A stretch of DNA of 64,000 bases. Source: Rhodoferax sp. GTDB taxonomy: Bacteria; Pseudomonadota; Gammaproteobacteria; Burkholderiales; Burkholderiaceae_C. Each line of letters starts with the position of its first letter. The first letter of the stretch is position 1. A program made the position numbers and the translations under genes. Shown here piece after piece: positions 1 to 9,513 of the stretch. The notes beneath the pieces were generated by a model that was given only the letters and a program-made list of their open reading frames with translations, was not told the origin of the DNA and searched no databases. The stretch lies in NCBI RefSeq assembly GCF_025354435.1, contig NZ_JANXMU010000024.1:2949-66948 (forward strand), written 5' to 3'.

Positions 1-397
1 CCGACTGGCTCAGGCCCGGCAGCGTCAGTTCGGCCTCCAGCGTGGCCGCCGCCGCCGCAAACGCTGGCACGCCGGGTGTGACGGTGTACGGGATGCCCAG
101 CGCGCGCAGGCCACGCAGTTGCTCGCCCATTGCCGACCACACCGACAAGTCGCCCGAATGCAGGCGGGCCACGTCCTGCCCGGCGGCGTGCGCGGCGCTG
201 ATCTCGGCCAGTATTTGCTCCAGCGACAGCGACGCGGTGTTGACGATATGCGCGCCGGGCGGGCAATGGGCCAGCACGCCTTCGGGCACCAGTGAGCCCG
301 CGTAGAGGCACACCGGGCTGGCGGCAATCCGATCGCGGCCTCGCAGGGTGAGTAAATCCGGTGCGCCAGGGCCTGCGCCGATGAAGTGAACGGTCAT
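1..397 (-). CDS. cobM: Precorrin-4 C11-methyltransferase, first ~132 codons only (gene runs off the window start)
   Basis: My own minus-strand translation from ATG 397..395 gives [82 protein letters not shown], a tetrapyrrole methylase of CobM type. It is missing from the ORF track because the window edge truncates it. Its ATG overlaps the cobE stop (ATGA). Confidence 0.85.
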   Translation of the reverse strand, partial: MTVHFIGAGPGAPDLLTLRGRDRIAASPVCLYAGSLVPEGVLAHCPPGAHIVNTASLSLEQILAEISAAHAAGQDVARLHSGDLSVWSAMGEQLRGLRALGIPYTVTPGVPAFAAAAATLEAELTLPGLSQS

Positions 398-771
398 GCT
401 TGGGTCTTTTCAGTAGAAGCAATGGCGGCTGTCGCCAGTCGGTCGGGGCTGACGCAGCGGCCAACCCGCAGCACGGCAGCCGGGCCCGCCGCCGCCAGCG
501 CGGCAGCTTCGGCCACGCTGTGCGCGCCGTAGCGGGCGGGCACGTGGGCGCTCGGCGTGGCGGCTTGGGTAACCAGCAGCGGCTGGTGGATGGGGATGAT
601 GGGCAGTTGCAGTTCGGCAGCGAGTTGCAGCAGGGCGGGGTGGTCGGCTTTGTCGGCGGCAGTGGCCAGGGCGGTGAGGGGCGCGCTGTGGGTGTGTTGC
701 GCGGCATGGAGAGCCGCACGCAAAGAGGCCACGCTGCACTGGGCGCGAAAGCCCAAGCCCGCCACGCTCAC
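394..771 (-). CDS. cobE: CobE / CbiG C-terminal-domain-like cobalamin biosynthesis protein (125 aa)
   Basis: Only the last 125 codons of track ORF 394..1206 look real: [46 protein letters not shown] 771 overlaps the cobL stop (GTGA). The gene sits between cobL and cobM. Confidence 0.7.
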   Translation of the reverse strand: MSVAGLGFRAQCSVASLRAALHAAQHTHSAPLTALATAADKADHPALLQLAAELQLPIIPIHQPLLVTQAATPSAHVPARYGAHSVAEAAALAAAGPAAVLRVGRCVSPDRLATAAIASTEKTQA

Positions 772-1949
772 AACACCACGCTCCACTGCACCACCGCTCG
801 GCTGGGCTGCCAGCCACGCATGCGGCCCAGGGGCGCGGCCTGCGCCAGCTCTATGCGCAGGAGGGTGCCGCCATGCTGGGCGTGCAGTTGCAGCAGGGCG
901 GATTCGGTCTCCAGCGTCACCGCGTTCACCACCAGGCGGCAGCCTGTGGGCGCTGCGGATTGCAAGCTGGCAAACAAGGCCGCATCGAAACCGCCACCGA
1001 CAAAAATGGCATGGGGCGTGGGCAGGCCCGCCAACAGGTCTTGTGTGGCACCACAGTGCACGCCCAGGCGGTGGTCCATGCCGAAAGATGCGGCGTTGGC
1101 GCGGATGTTCACCACGCGCTCGGCGTGCTGCTCTACCGCGCTGGCCGTGCCGCCCGCCAGGCACCACTCCACCGACACCGACCCCGAGCCTGCGCCCAGG
1201 TCCCACAGGTGTTCGCCGGGGCGGGGTGCGAGGGCGCTGAGGGTGAGGGCGCGGATAGGTGACTTGGTGATTTGGCCGTCGTGGGCAAAGCTATCGTCTG
1301 GCAGGCCGGGGGTGTTCGGTAAGCCCAAGGGGCCCATGACTTGAACGGCCACGGCCACCGGGCTTTGGATGTCTGCGAAGTCCAGGGTGCTGGCCGCGCA
1401 CTGGCGTATGCGTTCACGCGGGCCGCCCAGGGCTTCCAGTACCCACAGGTTGGATGCACCCAAGCCTTGCTGGGTCAGCCATTGCGCAAAGTCGCGCACC
1501 GCCGGGCCATCGCGCAGCAGGCACAGCAGTTGCGCGTCGTTGTGCAATGCAGAGCGGCTGCGGGAAAAAGGTGCGGCGTGCAGGGCCAGGCAATGCACGT
1601 TTTCCAGCCGCCAGGCCAGGCGGGAGGCGGCCAGCGAGAAGGTCGAGGGTGCCGGAAAAGCCTGCCATTCGCCGGGCACCAAATGGCTTGCCAAACTGCC
1701 ACCCGCGCCAAACCAGAACGGGTCACCCGAGGCCAGTACGGCCACCGGCTGGCCGCGCAGGGCCAGCACCGGGGCGATGTCAAACGGCAGCGGCCACTCA
1801 CGGCCCCGACTGCCCGCACCGGCCAGCGCCAGGTGCCGTGCGCCGCCAAAGACGTGCTGTGCGCGCGCCAAGGCCGAGCGGCTACCATCGCCCAGGCCAT
1901 GCAGACCATCTTCTCCGATTCCTATGATTGACAGCCAGGGTTCAGCCAT
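768..1949 (-). CDS. cobL: Precorrin-6Y C5,15-methyltransferase (decarboxylating), CbiE+CbiT fusion
   Basis: 393 aa. MAEPWLSIIGIGEDGL is a CbiE-type N-half. The C-half carries the SAM-methyltransferase motif LWDLGAGSGSVSVEW. Confidence 0.9.
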   Translation of the reverse strand: MAEPWLSIIGIGEDGLHGLGDGSRSALARAQHVFGGARHLALAGAGSRGREWPLPFDIAPVLALRGQPVAVLASGDPFWFGAGGSLASHLVPGEWQAFPAPSTFSLAASRLAWRLENVHCLALHAAPFSRSRSALHNDAQLLCLLRDGPAVRDFAQWLTQQGLGASNLWVLEALGGPRERIRQCAASTLDFADIQSPVAVAVQVMGPLGLPNTPGLPDDSFAHDGQITKSPIRALTLSALAPRPGEHLWDLGAGSGSVSVEWCLAGGTASAVEQHAERVVNIRANAASFGMDHRLGVHCGATQDLLAGLPTPHAIFVGGGFDAALFASLQSAAPTGCRLVVNAVTLETESALLQLHAQHGGTLLRIELAQAAPLGRMRGWQPSRAVVQWSVVL

Positions 1950-2685
1950 TCACCGCATCCTTGTTTTGGGGGGCACCACCGAGGCCAGCCGCCTGGCCCA
2001 GGCCTTGGCGCAGGCGGGCGTGGACGGCATATTTTCGTACGCAGGCCGTACCAGCGCGCCCATCGCCCAGCCGCTGCCCACCCGCGTGGGGGGCTTTGGC
2101 GGGGTGGCGGGTTTGCAGGCTTTTTTGCAGGCTGAGCGCATCACCCAGGTGGTGGATGCCACCCACCCGTTTGCCGCGCAGATGAGCAGTAACGCGGTGC
2201 AGGCCTGTGCCGCAGCAGGCGTGCCCCTGCTGGCGCTGGAGCGGCCCGCGTGGCAGGCCCAGAGCGGTGATGTGTGGCAACACGTGCCGGATATCGCTGC
2301 TGCGGTGCAGGCCTTGCCCACCGAGCCCGCCAGCGTATTTTTGGCCATTGGACGCCAGCACCTGGCACCGTTTTTGGCGTGTGCGCAGCATTGGTATTTG
2401 TTGCGGCTGGTCGATCCCGTGCTGGACTTGCCCGCCGAGCGGGGCCAGCTGGTGCTGGACCGGGGTCCCTTCACTCTGGAAGGCGACCGCGCCTTGCTGC
2501 AGGCGCACGGCATCACCCATGTGGTGTCCAAAAATTCGGGTGGTGCAGGCGCGCAGGCCAAGCTGACGGCGGCGCGGGAGCTGGGTTTGCCTGTGATCCT
2601 GATAGCCCGGCCCTTCATACCCGCCCGCACAGTAGTGCATAGCGTAAACGAGGTCCTGCGCCGTATCCATGGCGTGAGCAGCTAG
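1924..2685 (+). CDS. cobK: Precorrin-6A reductase
   Basis: Uses internal ATG 1924 of track ORF 1369..2685: MIDSQGSAIHRILVLGGTTEASRLA..THPFAAQMS..SKNSGGAGAQAKLTAARELGLPV. The upstream part of the track ORF is antisense to cobL. This start overlaps the divergent cobL start by 26 bp, so the exact start is uncertain. Confidence 0.85.
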   Translation: MIDSQGSAIHRILVLGGTTEASRLAQALAQAGVDGIFSYAGRTSAPIAQPLPTRVGGFGGVAGLQAFLQAERITQVVDATHPFAAQMSSNAVQACAAAGVPLLALERPAWQAQSGDVWQHVPDIAAAVQALPTEPASVFLAIGRQHLAPFLACAQHWYLLRLVDPVLDLPAERGQLVLDRGPFTLEGDRALLQAHGITHVVSKNSGGAGAQAKLTAARELGLPVILIARPFIPARTVVHSVNEVLRRIHGVSS

Positions 2686-2690
2686 AAAAT

Positions 2691-3425
2691 TCATAGCGCC
2701 GAGCGCGGGGTGTAGACAAAGCGGCCCACGCGGCGGGTGGCGGAGTTACCCACAATCACCACGGTGCGCATGTCGGCCATCTCGGGCGTGGCCTCAAGTA
2801 GCGTGACGGTCAGCAGCTTTTCTTCCGGCGTGCTCACGGCACGGGCAAAGGTGATGAGCCGGTCTGGCCCGCAAGTTTCACGCAATATCTCCAGCATGCG
2901 GCCAAAGGTGTGCGGGCGGCTGGCGGAGCGGGGGTTGTAGAAGGCCATGGCAAAGTCGGCCCCGGCGGCGGCGCGCACGCGGGATTCGATCAGCGCGGCG
3001 GGCTTGAGGTTGTCGCTGAGGTTGATGGCGCAGAAGTCGTGGCCCAGCGGCGCACCGGCTTTGGCTGCCGCAGCCAGCATGGCGGTGATGCCGGGCAGCA
3101 CGCGGATATCCAGTGCCTGCCAGTCCGGGCGGCCTTCCAACGCTTCAAACACGGCCGCCGCCATGGCAAACACCCCCGGGTCGCCAGACGAGACGATGAC
3201 CACCTGGCGGCCCTCAGCGGCCATCTGTAGCGCAGCGCGGGCGCGGTCCATCTCCACCCGGTTGTCAGACGCATGCAGCGTGAGGCCGGAACGCGGCGCG
3301 ATGCGGGCGACGTAGGGGATGTAGCCCACGATGTCGGTGGCGGCCTCTAGCGCCTGGGTGACTTCGGGGGTGACCAGTGCGGCATCACCCGGGCCCAGGC
3401 CTGCGATACACAGCCAGCCGCTCAT
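2691..3425 (-). CDS. cobJ: Precorrin-3B C17-methyltransferase
   Basis: Uses internal ATG 3425 of track ORF 2691..3848: MSGWLCIAGLGPGDAALVTPEV..VVIVSSGDPGVFAMAAAVFE. The start overlaps the cobI stop (ATGA). Confidence 0.9.
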   Translation of the reverse strand: MSGWLCIAGLGPGDAALVTPEVTQALEAATDIVGYIPYVARIAPRSGLTLHASDNRVEMDRARAALQMAAEGRQVVIVSSGDPGVFAMAAAVFEALEGRPDWQALDIRVLPGITAMLAAAAKAGAPLGHDFCAINLSDNLKPAALIESRVRAAAGADFAMAFYNPRSASRPHTFGRMLEILRETCGPDRLITFARAVSTPEEKLLTVTLLEATPEMADMRTVVIVGNSATRRVGRFVYTPRSAL

Positions 3426-4153
3426 TCCAGCACCTCGGGGCGGCGGCCCTGGCCGTGTACCAGCACGATGGCGAAGTAGGGGCAGTCGGTGCCATCCACT
3501 TCGACGAGCGGTACGACGCGCTCGCCTGGCATGGTGCCGCGCTCGACCAACCAAGCCTGGTCCAGGCGGCCCGCCTTGGCCAGCGCGCTGCGCACACGTG
3601 GCAGGTTGCGGCCCGTCTTCATGATCACCAGGGCATCGGCCGATTGCATGTGGCGCAGCAGCTCGGCCTCGGGCAGCGTGCCCATCAGCACCACCAGCAC
3701 ATCGTCGCCCCAGGTGATGGGGGTGCCGGTGGCCGACCAGCAGCCCACCATGCCGGGAATGCCGGGGATTACTTCCACCGTAGCCCGGCCTTTGAGGCGG
3801 GTGTAGAGATGCATGAACGAGCCGTAAAAGAACGGATCGCCTTCGCACAGCACCAGCACGTCATCAAGTTGCGCCAGATTTGCCAGGCGGATGGTCCAGT
3901 CGTCGTAAAACGCGGCCAGGCAGGCGATGTATTCGGGGCTGTCGAACGGCAGCTCGGTGGTCACCGGGTATTCCATTGGGTACTCGACTACATCGTCGGC
4001 CAGCATGCCGTCCACGATGCGCCGGGCCTGGCCGGGGCGGCCTTTTTTGCGGAAATAGGCCACATGGCGGGCGGCACGGATGGCACGGTCGGCGCGCACG
4101 CTCATCAGGTCCGGATCGCCAGGGCCTAAGCCCGCGCAGAGGATGCGGCCCAT
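3422..4153 (-). CDS. cobI: Precorrin-2 C20-methyltransferase
   Basis: 243 aa. MGRILCAGLGPGDPDLMSVRA..LCEGDPFFYGSFMHLY is the tetrapyrrole methylase family. Operon position is between cobH and cobJ. Confidence 0.9.
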   Translation of the reverse strand: MGRILCAGLGPGDPDLMSVRADRAIRAARHVAYFRKKGRPGQARRIVDGMLADDVVEYPMEYPVTTELPFDSPEYIACLAAFYDDWTIRLANLAQLDDVLVLCEGDPFFYGSFMHLYTRLKGRATVEVIPGIPGMVGCWSATGTPITWGDDVLVVLMGTLPEAELLRHMQSADALVIMKTGRNLPRVRSALAKAGRLDQAWLVERGTMPGERVVPLVEVDGTDCPYFAIVLVHGQGRRPEVLE

Positions 4154-4785
4154 CAGATCTCCCTCCGGCAGGCGAGTGCGTTCACGGCGGCGACGGTGAT
4201 GGCGCTGCCACCCAGGCGGCCTTGCACCACCATGGCGGGCACGGGCGGTGCAGCCATCAGCGCGGCCTTGGATTCGGCAGCCCCCACAAAGCCCACCGGG
4301 CAGCCGATGATGGCCGCAGGGCGTGGGCAGTTAGGGTCTTGCAGCATGTTCAGCAGGTGGAACAGAGCGGTGGGCGCGTTGCCGATGGCCACCACGGCAC
4401 CGGCCAGATGGGGCCGCCACAGCTCCAGCGCGGCAGCGCTGCGGGTGGTGCCCATGCTCTGGGCCAGGTCGCGCACCTGGGGATCGTTCAGCGCGCAGAT
4501 GACGGCGTTGTCGGCGGGCAGGCGGCTGCGGGTAATGCCTTCGCTGACCATGCGCACGTCGCACAGGATGGGCGCACCCGCCTCCAGCGCCGCGCGGGTG
4601 GCTTCGGCCATGCCCTCGGAGAAGCACACATGGGCTTCCAGCCCGACCATGCCGGTGGCGTGCACCATGCGGACCACGGCCAGCTCTTCGATGGGGTTGA
4701 AGCGGGCCAAGTCGGCCTCGGCCCGGATGATGGCAAAGGACTGGCGGTATATGGCAGCGCCATCGGTTTCAAATACGTGGCGCAT
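4153..4785 (-). CDS. cobH: Precorrin-8X methylmutase
   Basis: MRHVFETDGAAIYRQSFAIIRAEADL..VAIGNAPTALFHLL..PAAIIGCPVGFVGAAESK is a CobH/CbiC signature. I prefer ATG 4785 to the track start at 4812. Either start overlaps the cobG 3' end. Confidence 0.85.
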   Translation of the reverse strand: MRHVFETDGAAIYRQSFAIIRAEADLARFNPIEELAVVRMVHATGMVGLEAHVCFSEGMAEATRAALEAGAPILCDVRMVSEGITRSRLPADNAVICALNDPQVRDLAQSMGTTRSAAALELWRPHLAGAVVAIGNAPTALFHLLNMLQDPNCPRPAAIIGCPVGFVGAAESKAALMAAPPVPAMVVQGRLGGSAITVAAVNALACRREI

Positions 4786-5959
4786 GGGGTGTAGGGAACA
4801 AATAGGAAGCAATCGTTTCGGGGGCCAAGGCCAGCAGATCGGGTAGGGCGGCTGCCGTGCCGTGGCGAACCAGGTTGAAGCCTGCCGGTGTTGCCACCAG
4901 CGTCAAGGTAGCTCGCGGATGGGCGCAACCCTTGCTGCAGCCGGAGACGTGCAGCAACTGGTCTACAGGAACCAAAGGGGCTAGTGCGCGCGCCAGCGGG
5001 CGGGTGGCTGCGGCGGCTTGCAGGCAGCCGGGTGCGCCGGTACATGCCACTACCCGCATGCGCGCGTCAAAGGGTCGGGTGACCAGGCCGTCTATTTTGG
5101 GGGCGTGCTGCAAACCCTCGACCAGCAGCATGCGCCAGGGGGTCAACCGCAGTGCGCCCAACGTTGACAGGGCGGCCAGGGTGTCGGCCTGCAACTGGCC
5201 AAATTCGGCACCTACCAGCCAGCCGACGGCGGTAGGACCTGGCTGAGGTGGGGAGGCGGAGGGTGAAAAGTCGCTAGTCGCCTGAAAGCGTTCCGGCAGC
5301 GCATGCTGCGGGGCCAGTGCCGCCATCCGTTTCCCGCCTTGCGCGGTGAACCAGTGCGCCAGCGCCATCGCGGCGGGCACAAGGTCCTGGGCGCTGACAC
5401 AGGCACCTGTGGCATAGCCCTCGGCGTGCACCGTGAAGCCGCCGCAGCCGCGTTCGATACGGATGTCGGCCGGGCTGGCGCGCAGCACGGCCTGTGCGCC
5501 GCAGTCCACCGCAAAGCCGAACTTTCCGGGCAAGGCGGGGGCATCCGGCGCGGCCAGGGCTTCGGCCAGTACGGCGGCGATGGCTTGTGTGCCGTCATCC
5601 GGCTGCCAGAACGGGCTGACGAGGATGTTGCGCCGGGATTCACACTCGGCGCTGCTGTCCACCAGACCCAGGGCGTGTAGGCCCTGCAGCAAGGCGGTGT
5701 GACCATCGGGATCGACACCGCGCAGTTGCAGATTGGCGCGGCTGGTCAGGTCCAGCAGGCCGTTGCCGTGCTGGCGGGCCAGGGCGGCGATACCAGCGGC
5801 CTGGGCCGATGTGAGCCAGCCTGCATGCGGCCGTACCCGCACCACCAGGCCGTCGCCCGACAGCATCGGGCGCAGGGCTCCCGGACACCAGCCCTGGATC
5901 TGCGGCGGTGCGGCGGTGGCCAGGGGTGGCGTGGAGGGCGTGGCTATGGCGGTTCGCAT
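4769..5959 (-). CDS. cobG: Precorrin-3B synthase (aerobic pathway, sulfite/nitrite-reductase-like)
   Basis: QIQGWCPGALRPMLSGDGLVVRVRP..LDLTSRANLQLRG..CTGAPGCLQA. I prefer internal ATG 5959 (MRTAIATPST..), because the track N-terminal extension runs into the leader. Confidence 0.8.
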   Translation of the reverse strand: MRTAIATPSTPPLATAAPPQIQGWCPGALRPMLSGDGLVVRVRPHAGWLTSAQAAGIAALARQHGNGLLDLTSRANLQLRGVDPDGHTALLQGLHALGLVDSSAECESRRNILVSPFWQPDDGTQAIAAVLAEALAAPDAPALPGKFGFAVDCGAQAVLRASPADIRIERGCGGFTVHAEGYATGACVSAQDLVPAAMALAHWFTAQGGKRMAALAPQHALPERFQATSDFSPSASPPQPGPTAVGWLVGAEFGQLQADTLAALSTLGALRLTPWRMLLVEGLQHAPKIDGLVTRPFDARMRVVACTGAPGCLQAAAATRPLARALAPLVPVDQLLHVSGCSKGCAHPRATLTLVATPAGFNLVRHGTAAALPDLLALAPETIASYLFPTPHAPRI

Positions 5960-6170
5960 CCGGAAGCGGCTGGTTTCTGGGCGGTGGTGGGGGCAGTTGG
6001 TGCGCCCGTCGGCGCAAACGCCGGGGGTGTGTGGGCCGGTGGATGGGTCAAATCCCTCCACTGGTCAAGCCTTTAAGTATCGCATTACTGCCGGGCTGCC
6101 GGTCCTGGGGCCACGCTGTGGTGGGCACCGGCTATCGGTCCGCAGTGCGCACCGCGGGCTGGGAACGGAA
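5960..6170 (-). promoter_or_regulatory. 5' leader of the cobG operon; possible cobalamin riboswitch (unconfirmed)
   Basis: About 210 nt of GC-rich untranslated leader. On the minus strand, GCGGTGCGCACTGCGGAC (6155..6138) resembles the conserved GGTG..AA..CC helix. GCCCCAGGACCGGCAGCC (6111..6094) resembles the B12 box with one gap. I could not find the CUGCCCCCGCAAC-type core. Confidence 0.3.
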
Positions 6171-6236
6171 ATTTATAAAAAATAGAGCTCTAGCGTAGGT
6201 GTTGTCTTTGCTAATAGCTATTAAAAATATAGCAAT
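6171..6236 (+). repeat. AT-rich palindromic repeat family, reference copy (intergenic)
   Basis: Sequence is atttataaaaaatagagctctagcgtaggtgttgtctttgctaatagctattaaaaatatagcaat. It matches the reverse complement of 56827..56888 at 50 of 62 ungapped positions (hand count). Confidence 0.85.
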
Positions 6237-6354
6237 TGTGAAGTGAATCACATCGATCTTTACCCCCACTTCACCACCGCAGGCTGGTGTGGGCATTGAA
6301 TTTTGGGGGCTGGGCGGTATCTACTGTGCATTCACCCATACTGTTGAGGCTTCC

Positions 6355-6999
6355 ATGAACACCCCAGAGCGCGACCAACTCACCACCTTTTTGCAGCAAC
6401 TCGGCCAGGCGCGGGCCACCGTGAAGGACGCGGAGGCGCAGACGCTGATCGAAACCGCGGTGGCCCACCAGCCCGATGCAGCCTATCTGTTGGTGCAGCG
6501 CTGCCTGCTGCAAGACAACGCCTTGCAAGCAGCCCAGGCGCAGATCGCCAGCCTGCAAGCCGAGTTACAGCAGGCCAAGTCGGCAGCCGCCACGGCACCC
6601 GCCAGCGCTAATTTTTTGGATGCCAACGGCTGGGGCCGGGCACCGGTGGCACCGGTTGCGGCCTACGCCCCGGCACCGGCCTACCCACAGGCTGCCCCAG
6701 CTGCCGCACTGGCACCCGCCGCAGCCTCGCGCTTCCAGGCCCCCAGTTTCTTGACTGGCATGGCCACCACCGCTGCAGGCGTGGCGGCAGGGGCATTTTT
6801 GTTCCAGGGGATTGAGAGCCTGATGGGCCACCACGGCAGTAGTGCGTTGGCGGGCACACCGGCTTCGGCCTTTGGCCTGAGCGAGCCGACGGCGGCTGCA
6901 CCGGAGGCGGCGCAATCCGTCGCGGATGCGAACACGGATGTGTTCGGTAACGACGACGGGCTGGATATTGGCGGCGACAGCTCCAGCGACTGGGCTTGA
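6355..6999 (+). CDS. DUF2076 domain-containing protein
   Basis: ATG 6355 lies after a GAGG. MNTPERDQLTTFLQQLGQARATVKDAEAQTLIETAVAHQPDAAYLLVQRCLLQDNALQ is followed by an Ala/Pro-rich region and a Gly-rich acidic tail, the typical DUF2076 layout. Confidence 0.75.
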   Translation: MNTPERDQLTTFLQQLGQARATVKDAEAQTLIETAVAHQPDAAYLLVQRCLLQDNALQAAQAQIASLQAELQQAKSAAATAPASANFLDANGWGRAPVAPVAAYAPAPAYPQAAPAAALAPAAASRFQAPSFLTGMATTAAGVAAGAFLFQGIESLMGHHGSSALAGTPASAFGLSEPTAAAPEAAQSVADANTDVFGNDDGLDIGGDSSSDWA

Positions 7000-7002
7000 G
7001 CT

Positions 7003-7470
7003 TTATTTGAGCGGGATGGGTGTCGCGTGGTCTACCGCCACGGCGGTGACAGCGTTTTCCGGCGAGCCGTCGATCAGCTTGTCGGAATAGGTCAGGTAGA
7101 CCAGGGCGTTGCGTTTTTTGTCCACCATGCGCACGATGCGCAGCTTTTTGAACAGGATGGACAGGCGCTCGTTGAACACCTCGTCGCTTTGCGGCAGTGG
7201 CTTGGTGAAGCTGATCGTGCCGACTTGGCGACAGGCAATGGAGGCCTCGGCCTTGTCTTCGGCTAGGCCGAAAGCACCTTTGAGCCCGCCGGTTTTGGCC
7301 CGCGAGACAAAGCAGGTCACGCCCTGTACCAGCGGATCGTCAAACGCATCAACCACGATTTTGTGGTCTGGCCCAATCCATTGGAAAGCTGTGTCCACCG
7401 AGCCAATTTGCTCGGCTTGGGCAGCGACGCAGGTGGCAGCCAGTGCCAAAGTAACAGTCCACAGTTTCAT
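7003..7470 (-). CDS. creA: CreA family protein (signal peptide)
   Basis: 155 aa. The signal peptide [19 protein letters not shown] is followed by [50 protein letters not shown]. Confidence 0.85.
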   Translation of the reverse strand: MKLWTVTLALAATCVAAQAEQIGSVDTAFQWIGPDHKIVVDAFDDPLVQGVTCFVSRAKTGGLKGAFGLAEDKAEASIACRQVGTISFTKPLPQSDEVFNERLSILFKKLRIVRMVDKKRNALVYLTYSDKLIDGSPENAVTAVAVDHATPIPLK

Positions 7471-7484
7471 CCGAATCTCCAGTT

Positions 7485-7748
7485 TTAGCGCAATGCCTCA
7501 GGCAATTCGATTTTTACTTCCAGCACTTCCAGGTTGTCCTGGCGCTCCAGATGCACCTTGATGTCCTCAGCGTTGATCGACACGTACTTGGAGATCACCG
7601 CCAGCAGCTCACGCTGCAGGGCGGGCAGGTAGTCGGGGCGGCTGGCACCCCGGCCACTGCGCTCGTGCGCCAGGATGATTTGCAGCCGCTCTTTGGCCAC
7701 AGAGGCGGTTTTTTTCTTCTCGCCCAAGAAGAACGACAGGAAAGACAT
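7485..7748 (-). CDS. minE: Cell division topological specificity factor MinE
   Basis: 87 aa. [30 protein letters not shown].. Confidence 0.95.
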   Translation of the reverse strand: MSFLSFFLGEKKKTASVAKERLQIILAHERSGRGASRPDYLPALQRELLAVISKYVSINAEDIKVHLERQDNLEVLEVKIELPEALR

Positions 7749-7751
7749 GGC

Positions 7752-8567
7752 TTATTTCCCTCCGAAAAGGCGCTTGAAAAACCCGGGCTTCACGGCTTCG
7801 ACAAAACGCATGGGCTTGTCTTCGCCCAAAAACCGCGCTACCACGTCCTTGTAGGCTTCTGATACGTCGGTTTCGGTCAGGTGGATAGCGGGCAGACCCT
7901 GGTTGGATGCCTGAAGTACCGTTTCCGACTCGGGGATCACACCCATCAGCGGGATGCGCAGAATGTCCTGGATGTCCTCCAGGGACAGCATCTGGCCGTC
8001 CTCTACGCGCACCGGGTTGTAGCGGGTGATGACCAGGTGCTCCTTGATGGGCTCCTTGCCTTCAATGGCGCGCTTGGTTTTGGAGCCCAGCATGCCCAGA
8101 ATGCGGTCCGAGTCGCGCACCGAAGAGACTTCGGGGTTGGTCACCACTAGGGCTTCGTCGGCAAAGTGCATGGCCATCAGCGCACCGGTCTCAATACCTG
8201 CAGGCGAGTCGCAGACGATGTACTCAAAGCCCATGTCGCCCAGGTCTTTGAGCACGCGCTCTACGCCGTCTTGCGTCAGCGCGTCTTTGTCGCGGGTTTG
8301 CGAGGCGGCCAGCACGAAAAGGTTGTCGCACTGCTTGTCTTTGATCAGCGCTTGGTTCAGGTTGGCTTCGTTGTGGATGACGTTGATCAGGTCGTACACC
8401 ACACGGCGCTCGCAGCCCATGATCAAGTCGAGGTTGCGCAGGCCGACATCGAAGTCGATCACAGCCGTTTTATGGCCGCGTAGCGCGAGGCCGGAGGCAA
8501 AGCTAGCGCTGGTGGTGGTTTTGCCAACGCCACCTTTGCCGGATGTCACCACAATGATCTTGGTCAT
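7752..8567 (-). CDS. minD: Septum site-determining ATPase MinD
   Basis: Internal ATG 8567 gives MTKIIVVTSGKGGVGKTTTSASF (deviant Walker A). The C-terminal amphipathic helix is KPGFFKRLFGGK. Confidence 0.95.
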   Translation of the reverse strand: MTKIIVVTSGKGGVGKTTTSASFASGLALRGHKTAVIDFDVGLRNLDLIMGCERRVVYDLINVIHNEANLNQALIKDKQCDNLFVLAASQTRDKDALTQDGVERVLKDLGDMGFEYIVCDSPAGIETGALMAMHFADEALVVTNPEVSSVRDSDRILGMLGSKTKRAIEGKEPIKEHLVITRYNPVRVEDGQMLSLEDIQDILRIPLMGVIPESETVLQASNQGLPAIHLTETDVSEAYKDVVARFLGEDKPMRFVEAVKPGFFKRLFGGK

Positions 8568-8662
8568 GGGTTGCGGGTCTTTCAGGGTTCTGGGTTTGAA
8601 TGGAGTGATGGATGCCGACGGCGGTGGGCGGCGAACCGGGTTTTGTTTGCGGCGTGTGGCCA

Positions 8663-9397
8663 TTACAGGGCTTCCATGACAAGCTTTTCGCTGAGCAGCC
8701 GCACCTGGGCCGGTTTGCCCAGCACCTCGGCGGGCAGGGGGATTTCAGAGGTGCGGTACACACCGGCGATGGAAACCAGCTCGGCCTCCAGGCAGGTGCT
8801 GAAAATACGGGCATCTTCATTGCCCTTGGCTCCGGCAATGGCGCGGCCGCGCAGCGGGGCGTACACATGGATGCTGCCATCGGCCAGCACCTCGGCACCG
8901 TTGCTGACCATGGCCAGTACTACCAGATCGCTGCCCCGGGCGTAGACCTGCTGGCCTGAACGTAAGGGCTTGTCGATGACCAGTGCACCGCTGGGGACCA
9001 CCACGGCCGGTTCGGGCGCGGGAGCGGCCACGGGGGGCGCAGCTTGCGGCAGGGGCGCGGCGGTGGTGATGTCGGGTGCGTCCACTAGCCCGGCCTTCAA
9101 GGCTGCCTGCCGCTGCGCTGCGCTGCCGCCGTGCACGGCAATCGGCTGCATGTGGTAGCTGCGCAGCAGCTCGACCAGCAGATTGAAATTAATGGGATCG
9201 GTGCTGTCGGCCACCGGCAGCAGGTTGATGACCACCGGGTCCTGGTCGAAAAAATCGGGGGTGTCGCCAAAGCGGGTTTCCATCTCCTGGGCCAGGGCGG
9301 CCAAGTCGGCGGTTTTCATCACCACCGCAAGCAGGGGCAGCGTGGCGCTTTTCAGGTCAAAGCAGGCCCGGGCTGGCCCGGTGGTTACAGACGACAT
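8663..9397 (-). CDS. minC: Septum site-determining protein MinC
   Basis: The gene lies upstream of minD. The C-terminal beta-helix region reads VIDKPLRSGQQVYARGSDLVVLAMVSNGAEVLADGSIHVYAPLRGRAIAG. I prefer ATG 9397; the track start at 9424 is a TTG. Confidence 0.85.
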   Translation of the reverse strand: MSSVTTGPARACFDLKSATLPLLAVVMKTADLAALAQEMETRFGDTPDFFDQDPVVINLLPVADSTDPINFNLLVELLRSYHMQPIAVHGGSAAQRQAALKAGLVDAPDITTAAPLPQAAPPVAAPAPEPAVVVPSGALVIDKPLRSGQQVYARGSDLVVLAMVSNGAEVLADGSIHVYAPLRGRAIAGAKGNEDARIFSTCLEAELVSIAGVYRTSEIPLPAEVLGKPAQVRLLSEKLVMEAL

Positions 9398-9513
9398 GGA
9401 TGGAGGAGGGGGGAAAGGCGACAAAGGCGCGATTTTACCGCTGCCCGTGGCCCCGGCCAGGGGCTGTTACGGGCCATGCGGGTTGGTAAGGTGCCCGCAT
9501 GGCGCTTTTGACG

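Noticed and set aside
394-1206. Full-length track ORFs with long N-terminal extensions (394..1206, 1369..2685, 2691..3848, 27522..28475, 31002..31532, 58819..60366, 7752..8663)
   Set aside because: The extensions overlap the upstream or opposite gene and look like Arg/Pro/Gly-rich nonsense. Internal starts give canonical family N-termini and ATGA/GTGA coupling, so I trimmed them.
1924-1949. The 26-bp overlap of the divergent cobK and cobL start codons as a special regulatory device
   Set aside because: It more likely reflects uncertainty in the cobK start. No alternative ATG/GTG is visible, but TTG at the ILVLGG region is possible. The evidence is insufficient to call anything beyond a shared divergent promoter region.
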